In this document: piece after piece, positions 19,077-29,346 of the stretch
Numbering within the stretch: the stretch's first letter is position 1
Layout of the letters: every line of letters begins with the position of its first letter
Assembly (NCBI GenBank): GCA_020851075.1
Contig: JADZDL010000020.1
Coordinates: forward strand, 10,171 to 74,170
Origin: Planctomycetota bacterium
GTDB lineage: Bacteria > Planctomycetota > UBA1135 > UBA2386
Length of the DNA stretch: 64,000 nucleotides
Direction of reading: 5' to 3'
Notes under the pieces: generated by a model
Told to the model about the DNA's origin: nothing
Databases searched by the model: none
Seen by the model: only the letters and a program-made list of their open reading frames with translations
Position numbers and translations under genes: made by a program

Positions 19077-20368
19077 GCAGAGGCGGGGCGGGTCTTCGGC
19101 AGGCGTACCAAAGCAAGAAAGAGCACCCCGAGCAAGAGTTGCACGCTCTGCGCGAGCATGGCCGTCTTCACATCGCTGCGCGTGGCGAGGAACCCATAGA
19201 TCGAACTGCCGAACACGGAGAGTTTCGTGGTGATGCCGTAGAGGCCAAAGAACTCGCCGACGCGGTCCTTGGGCGCGAGCATGATCACGACCTTGCGCCC
19301 CGCGGTCTGGATCGCCGAAAGGCCGAACGCGCCCATCGTGACGAGCGTCAGCAGGTAGCCCAGCGCGCTGTTGCCGCCAAACCAGGCGCCGCCGAACAGC
19401 GCGAGGAAGAAGCCCGCGGCGCCGAGGCGCATCACCCGCAATGGCGCGCGGTCGGTGAGGCGGCCGAGGCCGATGCCGAAGACGAGGGCCAACGCGTTGA
19501 GCGTGAGGCCGACGACGAGCAGGAAACTGGACATCGCGCCGTCGCCCGTGAACTTCATGCCGAGCAGGGCGAGTTCGCCGCGGTTGGCCATCCCACCAAA
19601 ACAATCCGTGGTGAAGTCGGCGAAGAACAGCACCGCCGTATTGAGCACGTCCATGAGGCAGAAGTTGCCGAGCAGGAAGAAGAACAACGGGCGGTGGCGA
19701 GGCAGTTCGCGCAAGGTGCTGCGCAGGCTCTTCAGGGCGGCGGCGATGGCATCTCGTGCCTTGCCTTGTTGCGGTGGGCGTGGATCGCGCACCAGCAACA
19801 AGCATGGCAGCGCGGTGACGAAGAAGAGGGCGCCGGCAACCGCGAAGGTGCCGCTCACCGGCAGGCCGAGTGGCATGATCACGCCGAGCACGGCGATGGT
19901 GCCGCCATACCCGACGCCGACCCCGAGTCCGCTGACACGTCCGACGTGCGCTTCGTCCGCCACGTACGGCAGCAGCGAGTTGTAGAACAGCAGGCTCGTG
20001 TTGAAGGCGAGGTTGGCCACGAAGAAGCAGCCGATGATCCACGCAAAGCCGAAGTCGAACGCCCAGCCGATCATCGCGGCGATGCAGAGGAGCGTCGCGA
20101 TCACGAGGTAACGCCGCGTGCGCGCGGTGTGGTCGCTGAGCGCGCCGAGGATCGGCACGAGCAGGCCCGCGAGTACCATCGACACGGTCTGCGTGTAGCC
20201 CACGGCTTCGCGGCCTTGCAGGGTGCCGGCGACGTACGGCGTGAACACGAACGTGAGCACAGCCGCATAGACGGTGTTCGCGAGGTCGTAGAGGATCCAC
20301 GCGCCCGTGCGCAGCCCCGAGATGGGCGGCGGGGGAGGGACGGTGGGCTGCTCGCGCGGGTCGTGCAC
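19073..20368 (-). CDS. MFS transporter, UMF1/Atg22-like
   Basis: 431 aa, about 12 TM, N-terminal motif WILYDLANTVYAAV typical of the UMF1 family. Confidence 0.75.
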   Translation of the reverse strand: MHDPREQPTVPPPPPISGLRTGAWILYDLANTVYAAVLTFVFTPYVAGTLQGREAVGYTQTVSMVLAGLLVPILGALSDHTARTRRYLVIATLLCIAAMIGWAFDFGFAWIIGCFFVANLAFNTSLLFYNSLLPYVADEAHVGRVSGLGVGVGYGGTIAVLGVIMPLGLPVSGTFAVAGALFFVTALPCLLLVRDPRPPQQGKARDAIAAALKSLRSTLRELPRHRPLFFFLLGNFCLMDVLNTAVLFFADFTTDCFGGMANRGELALLGMKFTGDGAMSSFLLVVGLTLNALALVFGIGLGRLTDRAPLRVMRLGAAGFFLALFGGAWFGGNSALGYLLTLVTMGAFGLSAIQTAGRKVVIMLAPKDRVGEFFGLYGITTKLSVFGSSIYGFLATRSDVKTAMLAQSVQLLLGVLFLALVRLPKTRPASA

Positions 20369-20396
20369 CAGGGCAGTGTGCCGAGTGACCAGGGGT

Positions 20397-21809
20397 CTAC
20401 GCCAGCAGCTTTCGCAGCACGCGGCCCGACACGTCCGTCAGGCGATAGTCGCGGCCTTGGAAGCGGAACAGCAGCCGTTCGTGGTCGATGCCGAGTTGGT
20501 GCAGGATCGTCGCGTGCACGTCGTGCAGGTGCATGGCGTCTTCGATCGGGGTGTAACCGAGGTCATCCGTAGCACCGATCGTCTGGCCGGGACGGATGCC
20601 GCCGCCGGCAAACCACATCGTGAACGCGCGCGGGTTGTGGTCGCGGCCCAGGTGGCTCGCATTGCGCACTTCCTGCATCGGCGTGCGGCCAAACTCGCCG
20701 CCCCATACGACCAACGTGTCGTCGAGCATGCCGCGCTGGGCCAGATCGAGCACGAGGGCTGAGCAGGCGCGGTCGGTCTGCTGGCACATGGTGGGCAGGC
20801 CGTGCAGCAGGTCGTCGCTGTTGTCGGTGCCGTGGTGGTCCCAGCCGCGGTGCACGACCTGCACGCAGCGCACGCCGCGTTCGATGAGGCGCCGCGCCAT
20901 CAGGCAGTTGTTGGCGAACGAACTCTTGCCGGGGTCGCTGCCGTAGAGTTGGTGTACGTAGTCGGGTTCGCTCGCGAAGTCGGCGAGTTCGGGCACACTG
21001 CGCTGCATACGGTGGGCGAGTTCGTAGGCGGCGGTGCGGGCAGCGATCTCGGGATCGCGCAGCGCCTCGCTGCGCAGCGCGTTGAGGTCGCCGAGGAGTT
21101 GGATATTGCGAGCGCGCGCGGCGGCATCGAACGTCGCGGGATCGGCGATGCAGGGCACCATCTCGCCGCGCGTGCGCAGTTCGACCCCTTGCACCGTGGT
21201 CGGCAGAAAACCGCTCGACCAGCAGGCGGTGCCAGCCCCCGGATCGATCTTGCCGGAGACGAGCACGACGAAGCCGGGCAGGTCGGTCGCCGTGCAACCA
21301 AGCCCATGCAGAAGCCAGCTGCCGAGGCTCGGGCGGCCGACCAGCATGTGCCCCGTGTTGGCGAAGATCTGGGCCGGGCCGTGGTTGAAGGGCTCCGTGT
21401 GCACCGATTTGACGAACGTGAGGTGGTCGGCGATCGCGGCGGTGTGCGGCAGCAGTTCGGAGATCTCGGCGCCGCTGTCGCCGTGGCGCGCAAAGCGGAA
21501 CGGCGAGCCGAGCAGGTTCGGGTGGCCCTTCAAGAACGCGAAGCGCGCGCCGCGCAGCAGTTCGTCGGGCATCGGCTGGCCGTCGTGGCGGCGCAGCAGC
21601 GGCTTGTTGTCAAACAGGTCGAGCGACGACGGGGCGCCCGCCATGAACAGTTGGATGATCGCTTTGGCGCGCGGCGGGTGGTGCGGCGCGCGCGTCGGTG
21701 GATCGGTGGCTCTGGCTGCGGCTGCCGCGGGCAACAGGCGGGCTCCCAGCGCAGCACCAGCGGCGGCGAGCAGATCACGGCGGTTCAGGTCGGTGGGGAA
21801 CATGCTCAT
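20397..21809 (-). CDS. DUF1501 (sulfatase-like) protein with Tat signal
   Basis: 470 aa from ATG 21809 (ATGA overlap). Tat-type MSMFPTDLNRRDLLAAAGAALG and DUF1501-type segments HTEPFNHGPAQ, WGGEFGRTP, GRDHNP. Confidence 0.9.
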   Translation of the reverse strand: MSMFPTDLNRRDLLAAAGAALGARLLPAAAAARATDPPTRAPHHPPRAKAIIQLFMAGAPSSLDLFDNKPLLRRHDGQPMPDELLRGARFAFLKGHPNLLGSPFRFARHGDSGAEISELLPHTAAIADHLTFVKSVHTEPFNHGPAQIFANTGHMLVGRPSLGSWLLHGLGCTATDLPGFVVLVSGKIDPGAGTACWSSGFLPTTVQGVELRTRGEMVPCIADPATFDAAARARNIQLLGDLNALRSEALRDPEIAARTAAYELAHRMQRSVPELADFASEPDYVHQLYGSDPGKSSFANNCLMARRLIERGVRCVQVVHRGWDHHGTDNSDDLLHGLPTMCQQTDRACSALVLDLAQRGMLDDTLVVWGGEFGRTPMQEVRNASHLGRDHNPRAFTMWFAGGGIRPGQTIGATDDLGYTPIEDAMHLHDVHATILHQLGIDHERLLFRFQGRDYRLTDVSGRVLRKLLA

Positions 21810-23635
21810 CCGCGGCAGAGGGTTTCGTCCAGGTTGAGCAGCGCGCAGGCCAGTCGCACCCACGCCACGTCCGGCGGTTCGCGGTGCAGCGCGGCCAGCA
21901 GCAAATCCAGTTCGCGCGCATCGGGTTTCCGCGCGGTGCACAGGCGGAAGCCAAACGCGAGTTGTTGCCCGGGGGTGCCCTTCTCGGCCAGCATGCGATC
22001 GGCGAGCGCCTTCGCCGCGGCTTGCGAGGTCGGGTCGTTGAGGCCGACGAGCGCCTGCAGCGGGGTGTTGGTGCGCTGACGGCGCACCTGGCATTGTTCG
22101 CGCGAGGGCGCATCAAACACGCTGAACGCGACGAACGGCGCCGTGCGCCGCCAGTAGGTGTAGACACCGCGCCGCCAGCGGTCGTCGCCGGCACTCGTCG
22201 GCCACTTCATGCTGACCTTGTTGGTCGGCACGACGCCACTGGTGTCGGCCTGCAGCGGATAGACGCTCGGGCCGCCGACCTTCGGCGACAGCAGGCCCGC
22301 GGGGGCGAGCCAGGTGTCGCGCAGGCGTTCGGCATCGAGGCGAAACCGTGCCCCGCGCGCGAGCAGGCGGTTGTGGGGGTCGATGCGCAGGTGTTCGTGG
22401 CTGGCGGCGGCGGAGCGACGGTAGGCGTCGGAGAGCACGATCGTGCGCAGCAGGGCTTTCTGGTGCCAACCGACCCGCACGAACTCCAACGCCAGCCAGT
22501 CGAGCAGGTCCTGGTGCAGGGGCGGCGGCGCTTGTTGGCCGAAGTCCTCGGGCGTGTCGACGAGCGGCTGGCCGAACAGTTCGTCCCAGAGCCGATTGCA
22601 ATGCACACGCGCCACGAGCGGGTTGTCTTCGGCGCAGAGCCAACGGGCGAGGCCGAGGCGATCGAGCGGGGCATCCTTGGGCCAGGCGTGCAGGGCGGCG
22701 GGGGTGTGGGCAACGACGAGCGGGCCCTTGCTGTCGGACGCACCGCGCAGGCGCAGGTGGGTCTCTGGGCGTGCTCCCGCGCGTTCCTGCAGCACGAGCG
22801 TCTTCTGCGTATCGGCGCGCTGCAGCTGCGTTTCGTCCTGTGTTTCGAAGAACGCCACGAGCCCGTAGAAGTCCGCCTGCGAGATCGGATCAAACTTGTG
22901 GTCGTGGCAGCGTGCGCAGTGGAACGTGCTGCCGAGCCAGACCGTGGCCGTCGTGCTGGCGCGGTCGAGCAGGCGCTCCCAGCGCGCTTCGTCGGCATCG
23001 ACGCCACCTTCGTCATTCAGCATCGTATTACGCTGAAAGCCCGTCGCGATGCGCGTCGCTTCGGTGGCGTCCGGCAGCAGGTCGCCGGCGAGCTGCTCCT
23101 GCGTGAAACGATCGAAGGGCAGGTCGAGATTGAGCGCGTCGATGACCCAGTCGCGGTAGAGCCACATCGAACGCGGCTTGTCGAAGTTGAAGCCGTCGCT
23201 GTCGCCGTACCGCGCCAGATCAAGCCACGGCACCGCCCAGCGTTCGCCGTAGTGGGGCGAAGCGAGCAGGCGATCGACGAGCCGTTCATAGGCCTGCGGT
23301 TGCTCGTCGGCGAGGAACGCATCGAGTTCGGCGAGCGTCGGCGGCAGCCCGATGAGGTCCTGGGTCACGCGCCGCAACAACGTCGCCCGATCGGCGGGGG
23401 GAGCTGGGGCGAGCCCGGCCTGTTGCTGCGGGCCGGCGAGCCAGGCGTCGATGGGCGACGCGTAACCATCGGGAACGGGCTTGCGAACGGGTGGCAGGTA
23501 GGCCCAGTGCTTTGTCGGTGGCTGCTGGGGGGCCGATTCCGGCGAGTTGGGGGGGCTGCCCGGTTGGGGCCCCTGGGCAACTGGCTGCGCGCTCACCTGG
23601 AGCAAGAGCAGGGTGAGCAGGGGGCGGAGCAGCAT
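21806..23635 (-). CDS. DUF1549/DUF1553 (PSD1) domain protein
   Basis: 609 aa from ATG 23635. Signal peptide MLLRPLLTLLLLQVSAQ. Motifs LLRRVTQDLIGLPPT, SPHYGERWA, CARCHDHKFDPI. Confidence 0.9.
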   Translation of the reverse strand: MLLRPLLTLLLLQVSAQPVAQGPQPGSPPNSPESAPQQPPTKHWAYLPPVRKPVPDGYASPIDAWLAGPQQQAGLAPAPPADRATLLRRVTQDLIGLPPTLAELDAFLADEQPQAYERLVDRLLASPHYGERWAVPWLDLARYGDSDGFNFDKPRSMWLYRDWVIDALNLDLPFDRFTQEQLAGDLLPDATEATRIATGFQRNTMLNDEGGVDADEARWERLLDRASTTATVWLGSTFHCARCHDHKFDPISQADFYGLVAFFETQDETQLQRADTQKTLVLQERAGARPETHLRLRGASDSKGPLVVAHTPAALHAWPKDAPLDRLGLARWLCAEDNPLVARVHCNRLWDELFGQPLVDTPEDFGQQAPPPLHQDLLDWLALEFVRVGWHQKALLRTIVLSDAYRRSAAASHEHLRIDPHNRLLARGARFRLDAERLRDTWLAPAGLLSPKVGGPSVYPLQADTSGVVPTNKVSMKWPTSAGDDRWRRGVYTYWRRTAPFVAFSVFDAPSREQCQVRRQRTNTPLQALVGLNDPTSQAAAKALADRMLAEKGTPGQQLAFGFRLCTARKPDARELDLLLAALHREPPDVAWVRLACALLNLDETLCRG

Positions 23636-23801
23636 GGCCCCGATGATCCCAACAATCGGCGCGTTTGCGCAAGGTCCACCGACGGTTCCTCGCAAAACGA
23701 ACCAACCCGGAGGCTAATGCTAGCCCCCGGGTTGGTCGTGTGAATGGCCCACCCGCGGGTCGCGGTGGGCACTCGGCGGTCGGTCGGCGATCACTCGGCG
23801 A

Positions 23802-25682
23802 TCAGTTGCCGATCACGTTCACCATGCCGCGGCTGAGCCCGATCGGCGTGCCAAACGGCATCGCCAGGTCGAAGTCGATGAGCTGCGTCACGAGCGGCAC
23901 GCCGAGGAAACCCGTGTTCGCCGGCAGCGGGAACGCGAAGTTGACTTCGCCTTGGCCGTTTGCGAACCCGATGCTCGAGGCGACCACCGGCAGGATGTAG
24001 CCGAAGGCCGTGGCGGGCGCACCGCCGATCGGGAAGCCAGGCGCGAACGGCGAGAAGCCGATCGCGAGGCCGCAGAACGCGCTGTTCGGCTGGCCCGAGG
24101 GCACCATGCCGAGACCGCGAATCGCAAAGCCCGTGCTGCCGACGATGGCCAGGCCGTTGCTGCTGATGTCGGGCGAGCCGACCGTGGTCGGCGACGCCGA
24201 GCCGATGAAGAACTGCGAGGTGCTCGGCGCGTGTACGTCGAACAGATCGAAGAGCGGCGGGTGGCAGCCGGCGAGGCCGTTGGTGTTGTAGAGCAGTGCT
24301 TCACGGTAGGACACGTAGACCTGGCCGAAGCTGCTGGTGGCGGTGTTGGCGACGATGCGCTGGCCGTCGTCGCTGCCGAACGTGCCGCCGAAGTTGGCGA
24401 CCACGGTGCTGCCCTGCACGTGCAGGCGGATGCGCTGCCAGCCATCGTTGACACCCGACAGGATGTCGATCGGGCCCGCGAGGACCGTCCAGTTGTTGGG
24501 CGTGGTGAAGCTCGAGCCATCGGCGAAGTCGACGAGGAACAGCTTGCTCGAGAACGTCGTGCGCTGGTGCACCCAGGCGAGACCGGTCATGTAGTGGTGG
24601 CGAATGCCAACGCCGGGCGCGATCTCGGTGTAGTAGCTGCCCGTGACGTCGGCGGGGTTGCCGTTTGGCCCGCAGGAGCCGCGCACACCAAGCGCCCAGC
24701 TCTCGCCGTCGCCGAGGTTGTAGTTATCGAGCATGACCGGCGGCACGGTCGGGGTGTAGGGCGCCGGATTGACGGGACTCATGACCGGGTTCAGCCAGAC
24801 ATAGGTCTCGACGACGATGTCCTGGGTCGGGGCCATGTCGAGGTAGACGGCGTTGCCGCCACCCGAAGCATCCCACATCGACATCGCGAGGCCACCGACT
24901 GGCGAAGCGGGCTTGGCGTTGGTGTTCTGCGCATCGACCTGCGTCGGATCGACGTACTTGGGCGGCACGAAGCCGGCGACCCAACCAGGTATCGGAATGC
25001 CGAGCGTGCCGGTGTCGAAGGTGTCAATGTACGGGATGCCCGCCGGCCGCGCGTTGGTGGCACCGGGCGTCGGGAACGTGCCGACGAGGTAGTCGGTCGT
25101 GTTGTTGTCGTCGTCCCAGCCGTCGAGGAAGCGGCTCACCGAGCACGCGGGCAACGTCGCACCGTCACCGCAGGCGAGGTCGCCAAAGAAGCCGTGGCCT
25201 TCGAGCGGGTGCGGGCCGAACGTGCCGGGCGCGTAGCCCATTTCGAAGACGAGCGAATCGATGATCACGCTGTTCGGATCCTGCAGTTCGATCGACTCGA
25301 AGTCGTAGGCCGTGTAGGTACCGCCGTTCTCGATGGCGTTGACCGGGATCTGCATGCTGACGCCCGGCACGGCCGTCGGCACGAGGGCCGCGTTGCCGAG
25401 CAGGAAGAACGCGCCGGGCGCGAGGATCGTGCCAGACGGGATCGTGTGTGTGGGAACGGCACCCGCACCGCTGCCGCCGTAGCCGGGGCTGCCCGAGTCA
25501 TTGACGACGATCTTCCAACCGCTGATGTCGACCGGCGTGGCCGAACGGTTGAAGAGCTCGACGAACTCGTAGTTGTCGGTGCCGCCGTCGTCGTAGCAGA
25601 ACTCGTTGATGCAGACGGGGGCGAGGGACGTGCCTGGCCCCTGGGGGAGGAAGGCCGCGGTGGCGAGAAGCAGGTTCAGCAT
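23802..25682 (-). CDS. secreted lamin-tail-domain (LTD) protein with LamG-like middle region and shared C-terminal module
   Basis: LTD signature INEFCYDDGGTDNYEFVELFNRSATPVDISGWKIV. The C-terminus ...GQGEVNFAFPLPANTGFLGVPLVTQ...VNVIGN matches its neighbours. Confidence 0.8.
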   Translation of the reverse strand: MLNLLLATAAFLPQGPGTSLAPVCINEFCYDDGGTDNYEFVELFNRSATPVDISGWKIVVNDSGSPGYGGSGAGAVPTHTIPSGTILAPGAFFLLGNAALVPTAVPGVSMQIPVNAIENGGTYTAYDFESIELQDPNSVIIDSLVFEMGYAPGTFGPHPLEGHGFFGDLACGDGATLPACSVSRFLDGWDDDNNTTDYLVGTFPTPGATNARPAGIPYIDTFDTGTLGIPIPGWVAGFVPPKYVDPTQVDAQNTNAKPASPVGGLAMSMWDASGGGNAVYLDMAPTQDIVVETYVWLNPVMSPVNPAPYTPTVPPVMLDNYNLGDGESWALGVRGSCGPNGNPADVTGSYYTEIAPGVGIRHHYMTGLAWVHQRTTFSSKLFLVDFADGSSFTTPNNWTVLAGPIDILSGVNDGWQRIRLHVQGSTVVANFGGTFGSDDGQRIVANTATSSFGQVYVSYREALLYNTNGLAGCHPPLFDLFDVHAPSTSQFFIGSASPTTVGSPDISSNGLAIVGSTGFAIRGLGMVPSGQPNSAFCGLAIGFSPFAPGFPIGGAPATAFGYILPVVASSIGFANGQGEVNFAFPLPANTGFLGVPLVTQLIDFDLAMPFGTPIGLSRGMVNVIGN

Positions 25683-25912
25683 GGGTTTGGTTGTTCTTGG
25701 CGAGAAATCGGCGAATGCCGAGCCGCGCCTGCGGTCCGCAGGTGCGACACGAAACGAGATGGGAGAGTAGGGAGAATTGCCGGTTTGGTGCGATCCCGCA
25801 AGCGGGTCGCCTCACTCCGGCTGTCGGGTGCGTGCGCGCCGAGGACGGCGCGGAGTGCCTGGTACCACTGCGCACGGCGCCAGGCTGCCAGAGGTCCGGC
25901 AGCCGGGCGGGC

Positions 25913-27655
25913 TTAGTTGCCGATGGTCGCGACGAGGCCTTGCGAGCAGCCGATCGGCACCGCGTAAGGCAGCGCAAAGTCCATGTCGACCGACTGCGCG
26001 GTGAGCGGCAGGCCGGCCAGCGCGTTGTTGTTCGGCAGGGGCAGCGAGTAGCTCGCGTTGCCGGAGACATTGGCGAACAGCAGCACCGTGCTGATCGGGC
26101 TCACGTAGATATTGACCGTGCCTGGGGCGCCAACGACCGGCGTGCCAGCACCGAGCGAGCCGATGCCGATCAACAGCGCGCCGACGTTGCTCGGCACGTG
26201 GCCGCTGACGTCAAACTGGAAGGCGCTGTTGCCGAGCACGGGGTCGCCGCCGCTCGTGCCGAGGTTCGGCGTGCCGACCGTGGTCGGCGAGCCGACACCG
26301 CCGGTCGTGACACCGAACGGAACGATGCCGTAGACCTCGAGCTGGTCGATGGCCATCGGCGTCATGTTGGTGTTCACGGCGACGCACTCACGGTACTGCA
26401 GGTAGACCGTGCCGCCGTAGTTGGTGAAGCCGCTCGCGGTGAAGCGCTGGCCGTCGTCGGCACCAAACGTGCCGCCGAAGTTGGCGACGAGGTTGCCGTT
26501 GTCGATGCGGATGCGCAGGCGCTGCCAGCCGTCATTGACGCCCGGCGTGGCGACGATCGGGCCCGCCAGCACGGTGGCGCCAGCGCCACCGTTGTTGAGG
26601 TCGACCAGGTAGATGTTGGCCTGGGTCTGCTGCACGAAGCACATCCACGCGAGGCCCGTGCCACCTGGACGCAAGCCGGTGCACTGGATCTGCGACCAGT
26701 AGCCACCGACGTCGGCCGGGTTGGCGCCGCCGTCCGTGGTGCCCGTGACGCCGATCGCCCAGGCTTCCCCTTCGCCGGCGACGCCAGGTGCAGCAAACAC
26801 CGGGTTGCCGCCCAACACGTACGCGTAGGTTTCGACCAGGAACTGCTGGCTCGCACCAATGCGCAGGTAGACCGAGTTACCGCCGCCGGTCGTGTCGTGC
26901 AGGATGCCGACGTTGCCACCTTGGGGCGACGGCGGCAGGGCGATCGTATTCGTGCCGCTGTTGACGATCGCGGCTGGATCCGCCGTGCGCGCCGACACGA
27001 ACGAGTAGTTGAAGTCGCCCGTCAGCAGGGTGCCGGCAACGGCATCGAAGCTGTTGGTGTAACCGGGCGTCAGGTTCTGCGCGCTGCCGTTCGCCGCACC
27101 GGGCGTCCAGGCCATGATGCTGAAGTCGATGCCGTTGTCGTCGCTGTCGAAGCCATCGACGCGGCGCTGGTAGGTCTGCGGGAACGCATCGAGCGTCGCC
27201 ATGTCACCCCAGAGGCCGGTGCCCTCTCGCGGGTGTGGACCCCACGAGCCGCGGCCGGTCTCCCAGGCGACCGAGTCGATGACGGTCGCCGTCAGGTCGA
27301 GCAGGTCGAGAGCCTCGTTGTCGTTCTCCCAGAGGGAGTTCTGTGCCAGCGTGGTGATCTGGTTGGCGGTCGTCACCGTCGTCGACGTCGAGCCTGCAAT
27401 CACCCAGTAGCCACCTGGAGCCAGAATCGTGCTGGCCGGGATCACGACCCCAGGGCCATTGGCTCCGCTCGGGTCGGAACCGACAATGCTCCATCCGCTG
27501 ATGTCGATCGGCGCGTTGGTCCGGTTGTAGAGTTCGAGGAACTCCTTGTCGTCCGTGCCGGTGTCGTCGTAGCAGAACTCGTTGATGACGACGGGGGCGG
27601 TCGAAGGACCTGGGCCTTGGGGGGCAAACGCGGAGGCGAGAAGCAGTGCGAGCAT
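25913..27655 (-). CDS. secreted lamin-tail-domain (LTD) protein, tandem paralog
   Basis: INEFCYDDTGTDDKEFLELYNRTNAPIDISGWSIV. Same architecture and C-terminus as the neighbour (...SGNASYSLPLPNNNALAGLPLTAQ...VATIGN). Confidence 0.8.
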   Translation of the reverse strand: MLALLLASAFAPQGPGPSTAPVVINEFCYDDTGTDDKEFLELYNRTNAPIDISGWSIVGSDPSGANGPGVVIPASTILAPGGYWVIAGSTSTTVTTANQITTLAQNSLWENDNEALDLLDLTATVIDSVAWETGRGSWGPHPREGTGLWGDMATLDAFPQTYQRRVDGFDSDDNGIDFSIMAWTPGAANGSAQNLTPGYTNSFDAVAGTLLTGDFNYSFVSARTADPAAIVNSGTNTIALPPSPQGGNVGILHDTTGGGNSVYLRIGASQQFLVETYAYVLGGNPVFAAPGVAGEGEAWAIGVTGTTDGGANPADVGGYWSQIQCTGLRPGGTGLAWMCFVQQTQANIYLVDLNNGGAGATVLAGPIVATPGVNDGWQRLRIRIDNGNLVANFGGTFGADDGQRFTASGFTNYGGTVYLQYRECVAVNTNMTPMAIDQLEVYGIVPFGVTTGGVGSPTTVGTPNLGTSGGDPVLGNSAFQFDVSGHVPSNVGALLIGIGSLGAGTPVVGAPGTVNIYVSPISTVLLFANVSGNASYSLPLPNNNALAGLPLTAQSVDMDFALPYAVPIGCSQGLVATIGN

Positions 27656-27863
27656 GGAATCGTCCTTGGGTGCTGGCCCGCTGTGAGTTCAGCGGGTGGT
27701 GCGCGGCACAGCCGCGGGGCCGAGAAGGATTGCCGGGTTTGCCCGCTGGCACAAGCCCATAGCGCAGCACAATCGTACGGATTCGCTTTCTGCGCTGCGT
27801 ATGCGCGGGCGAGGTCATGCCACCGCGCCGGTGCGCGGACTCAGGCCCGCGCGTGCTCCCCGA

Positions 27864-29237
27864 TCACGTACCGAGCTGGGCGCGACCACCAAGGCTCATG
27901 CCGCCAAAGCCATTGCCAGCGGCACTATCCGGGGCGAATGCCTGCATGTAGTAGACGAAGCTCATGAGCGACGGATCGTTCGGGACTGCAAACGACAGCG
28001 TGGCGCCACCGGCTGCGGCGCCGAGGCCAAACAGGGTGTCGGCGGCGACTTCGAGGGAGCACCCGGTGATGCCGAAGGTCGCGAGATCGTAGGGCAGCGG
28101 GTTGCCGTTCCAGGTGGTGGACGAGAACCCTTGGGCGATCAGCAGGAAGCCGGTGGATGCCGGCAGGTTGCCGAACGCGACCTCGAAGTTGCCACCGAGC
28201 TGCGGCAACGTGATCGCTTCGATGGTCGGCGTGCCAACCGACGTCGGGCAGCCTTGCCCCAGCGTGGTGAATCGCGCCGTGGGTGCACCGGCGTATTCCC
28301 AGGTCTCGTTGCTGAACGAGCTGCCGACGCCGCCGAAGGTCACGAACACGTTCCGCGTCGTGTCGAACGCGGCGTAAGTTTCGGTCGACAGCGTGGTGCC
28401 CGGACCGACGCTGACCTGCGTCCAGGTGCCCCCGGCGTAGTATTCCCAGGTCTCCGTGAGCAGGCTGGAGCCGTCGAAACCGCCGTAGATCACGAGGCGC
28501 TGCCGCGTCGCGTCATAGCCAGCTGCGCAGCGGTGGCGCGCGGTGGGGCTGGTGGCAGGTTGCGCTGCCGTCCAGTCGACGCCGTCAAACTCCCACGTGT
28601 CACCGAGGGGTTGGTTGCTCACCGGGTCTCGGCCACCAAACAGCACGGAGCGGCCGCGCTGCGCGTCGTATTCCAGGACCATCTCCTCGCGGGAGGGGGG
28701 CGAGTTGGTCGGCAAGGCGCGCGCCCAGTTGAGGCCGTCAAACTCCCACGTGTCGTTCGGGCTCGCGTTGCTGGTGCTGCCGCCAAAGAGCACGACGCGG
28801 TCGCGCGCCTGGTCGTAGCACATGCCGTACAGGTAGCGGGACGCGGGGAAGTTCGTCGTGGGGATCGCCGTCCAGCCGTTGCCGCTCCACGCATAGGTGT
28901 CGCGGGCGAGGCCGACGATGGTGGGCGAGCGGCCGCCGAACGTGATCAAGCGGTTGCGCGTGGTGTCGCGCACGAGGCGATGGCCCCAGCGGCCTGGGCT
29001 CGTGGTCGTCGGCGTCAGCAACAACCATTGGTTGCCGTTGTAGCTCCACGTCTCATCGAGCAGCTGGCTTGGGCTCGCGTAGAGGCCGCCGTGCAGGATC
29101 ATGCGGGTGCCGTCGTAGGCCATCGCACCCGCGCGGCGCGGGGTCGGGGCATTGGGATAGGGACGGAGCGTCCAGGATTGCCCGAGTGCGCACGGACCGG
29201 TGACCGCTGCGCAGAGCAGAACGAGGGAGATCTTCAT
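27864..29237 (-). CDS. secreted Kelch-repeat beta-propeller protein with shared C-terminal module
   Basis: Signal peptide MKISLVLLCAAVTGPCALG. About six Kelch blades (DTWEFDG.NW, VLFGG). C-terminal module GCPTS...FGITGCSL...FAVPNDPSLMSF..MQAF. Confidence 0.8.
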   Translation of the reverse strand: MKISLVLLCAAVTGPCALGQSWTLRPYPNAPTPRRAGAMAYDGTRMILHGGLYASPSQLLDETWSYNGNQWLLLTPTTTSPGRWGHRLVRDTTRNRLITFGGRSPTIVGLARDTYAWSGNGWTAIPTTNFPASRYLYGMCYDQARDRVVLFGGSTSNASPNDTWEFDGLNWARALPTNSPPSREEMVLEYDAQRGRSVLFGGRDPVSNQPLGDTWEFDGVDWTAAQPATSPTARHRCAAGYDATRQRLVIYGGFDGSSLLTETWEYYAGGTWTQVSVGPGTTLSTETYAAFDTTRNVFVTFGGVGSSFSNETWEYAGAPTARFTTLGQGCPTSVGTPTIEAITLPQLGGNFEVAFGNLPASTGFLLIAQGFSSTTWNGNPLPYDLATFGITGCSLEVAADTLFGLGAAAGGATLSFAVPNDPSLMSFVYYMQAFAPDSAAGNGFGGMSLGGRAQLGT

Positions 29238-29346
29238 GGTGCAGGGAGGCGCGGCGGGGGGTGATCCCTGGGGCAGAGGGATCGCCGCGCCCAGTCATAT
29301 GGCCACATCCTGGCGAAATTGCCAGGGGGGTGTGCAGAATGCTGCC

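Noticed and set aside
21806-23635. The DUF1549/DUF1553 + DUF1501 gene pair as a novel system.
   Set aside because: This is a widespread and already catalogued pair, though functionally unknown, that is typical of Planctomycetota and Verrucomicrobiota. It is useful as a lineage marker but is not new.
29238-29346. Possible Moco riboswitch in the leader of the moaD-moaE fusion. Two hairpins are present at 29260-29286 and 29309-29326.
   Set aside because: The region is only ~108 nt and also serves as the divergent promoter of the Kelch gene. I could not find the conserved Moco-motif elements by eye. A covariance-model scan (Rfam RF01055) would settle it.
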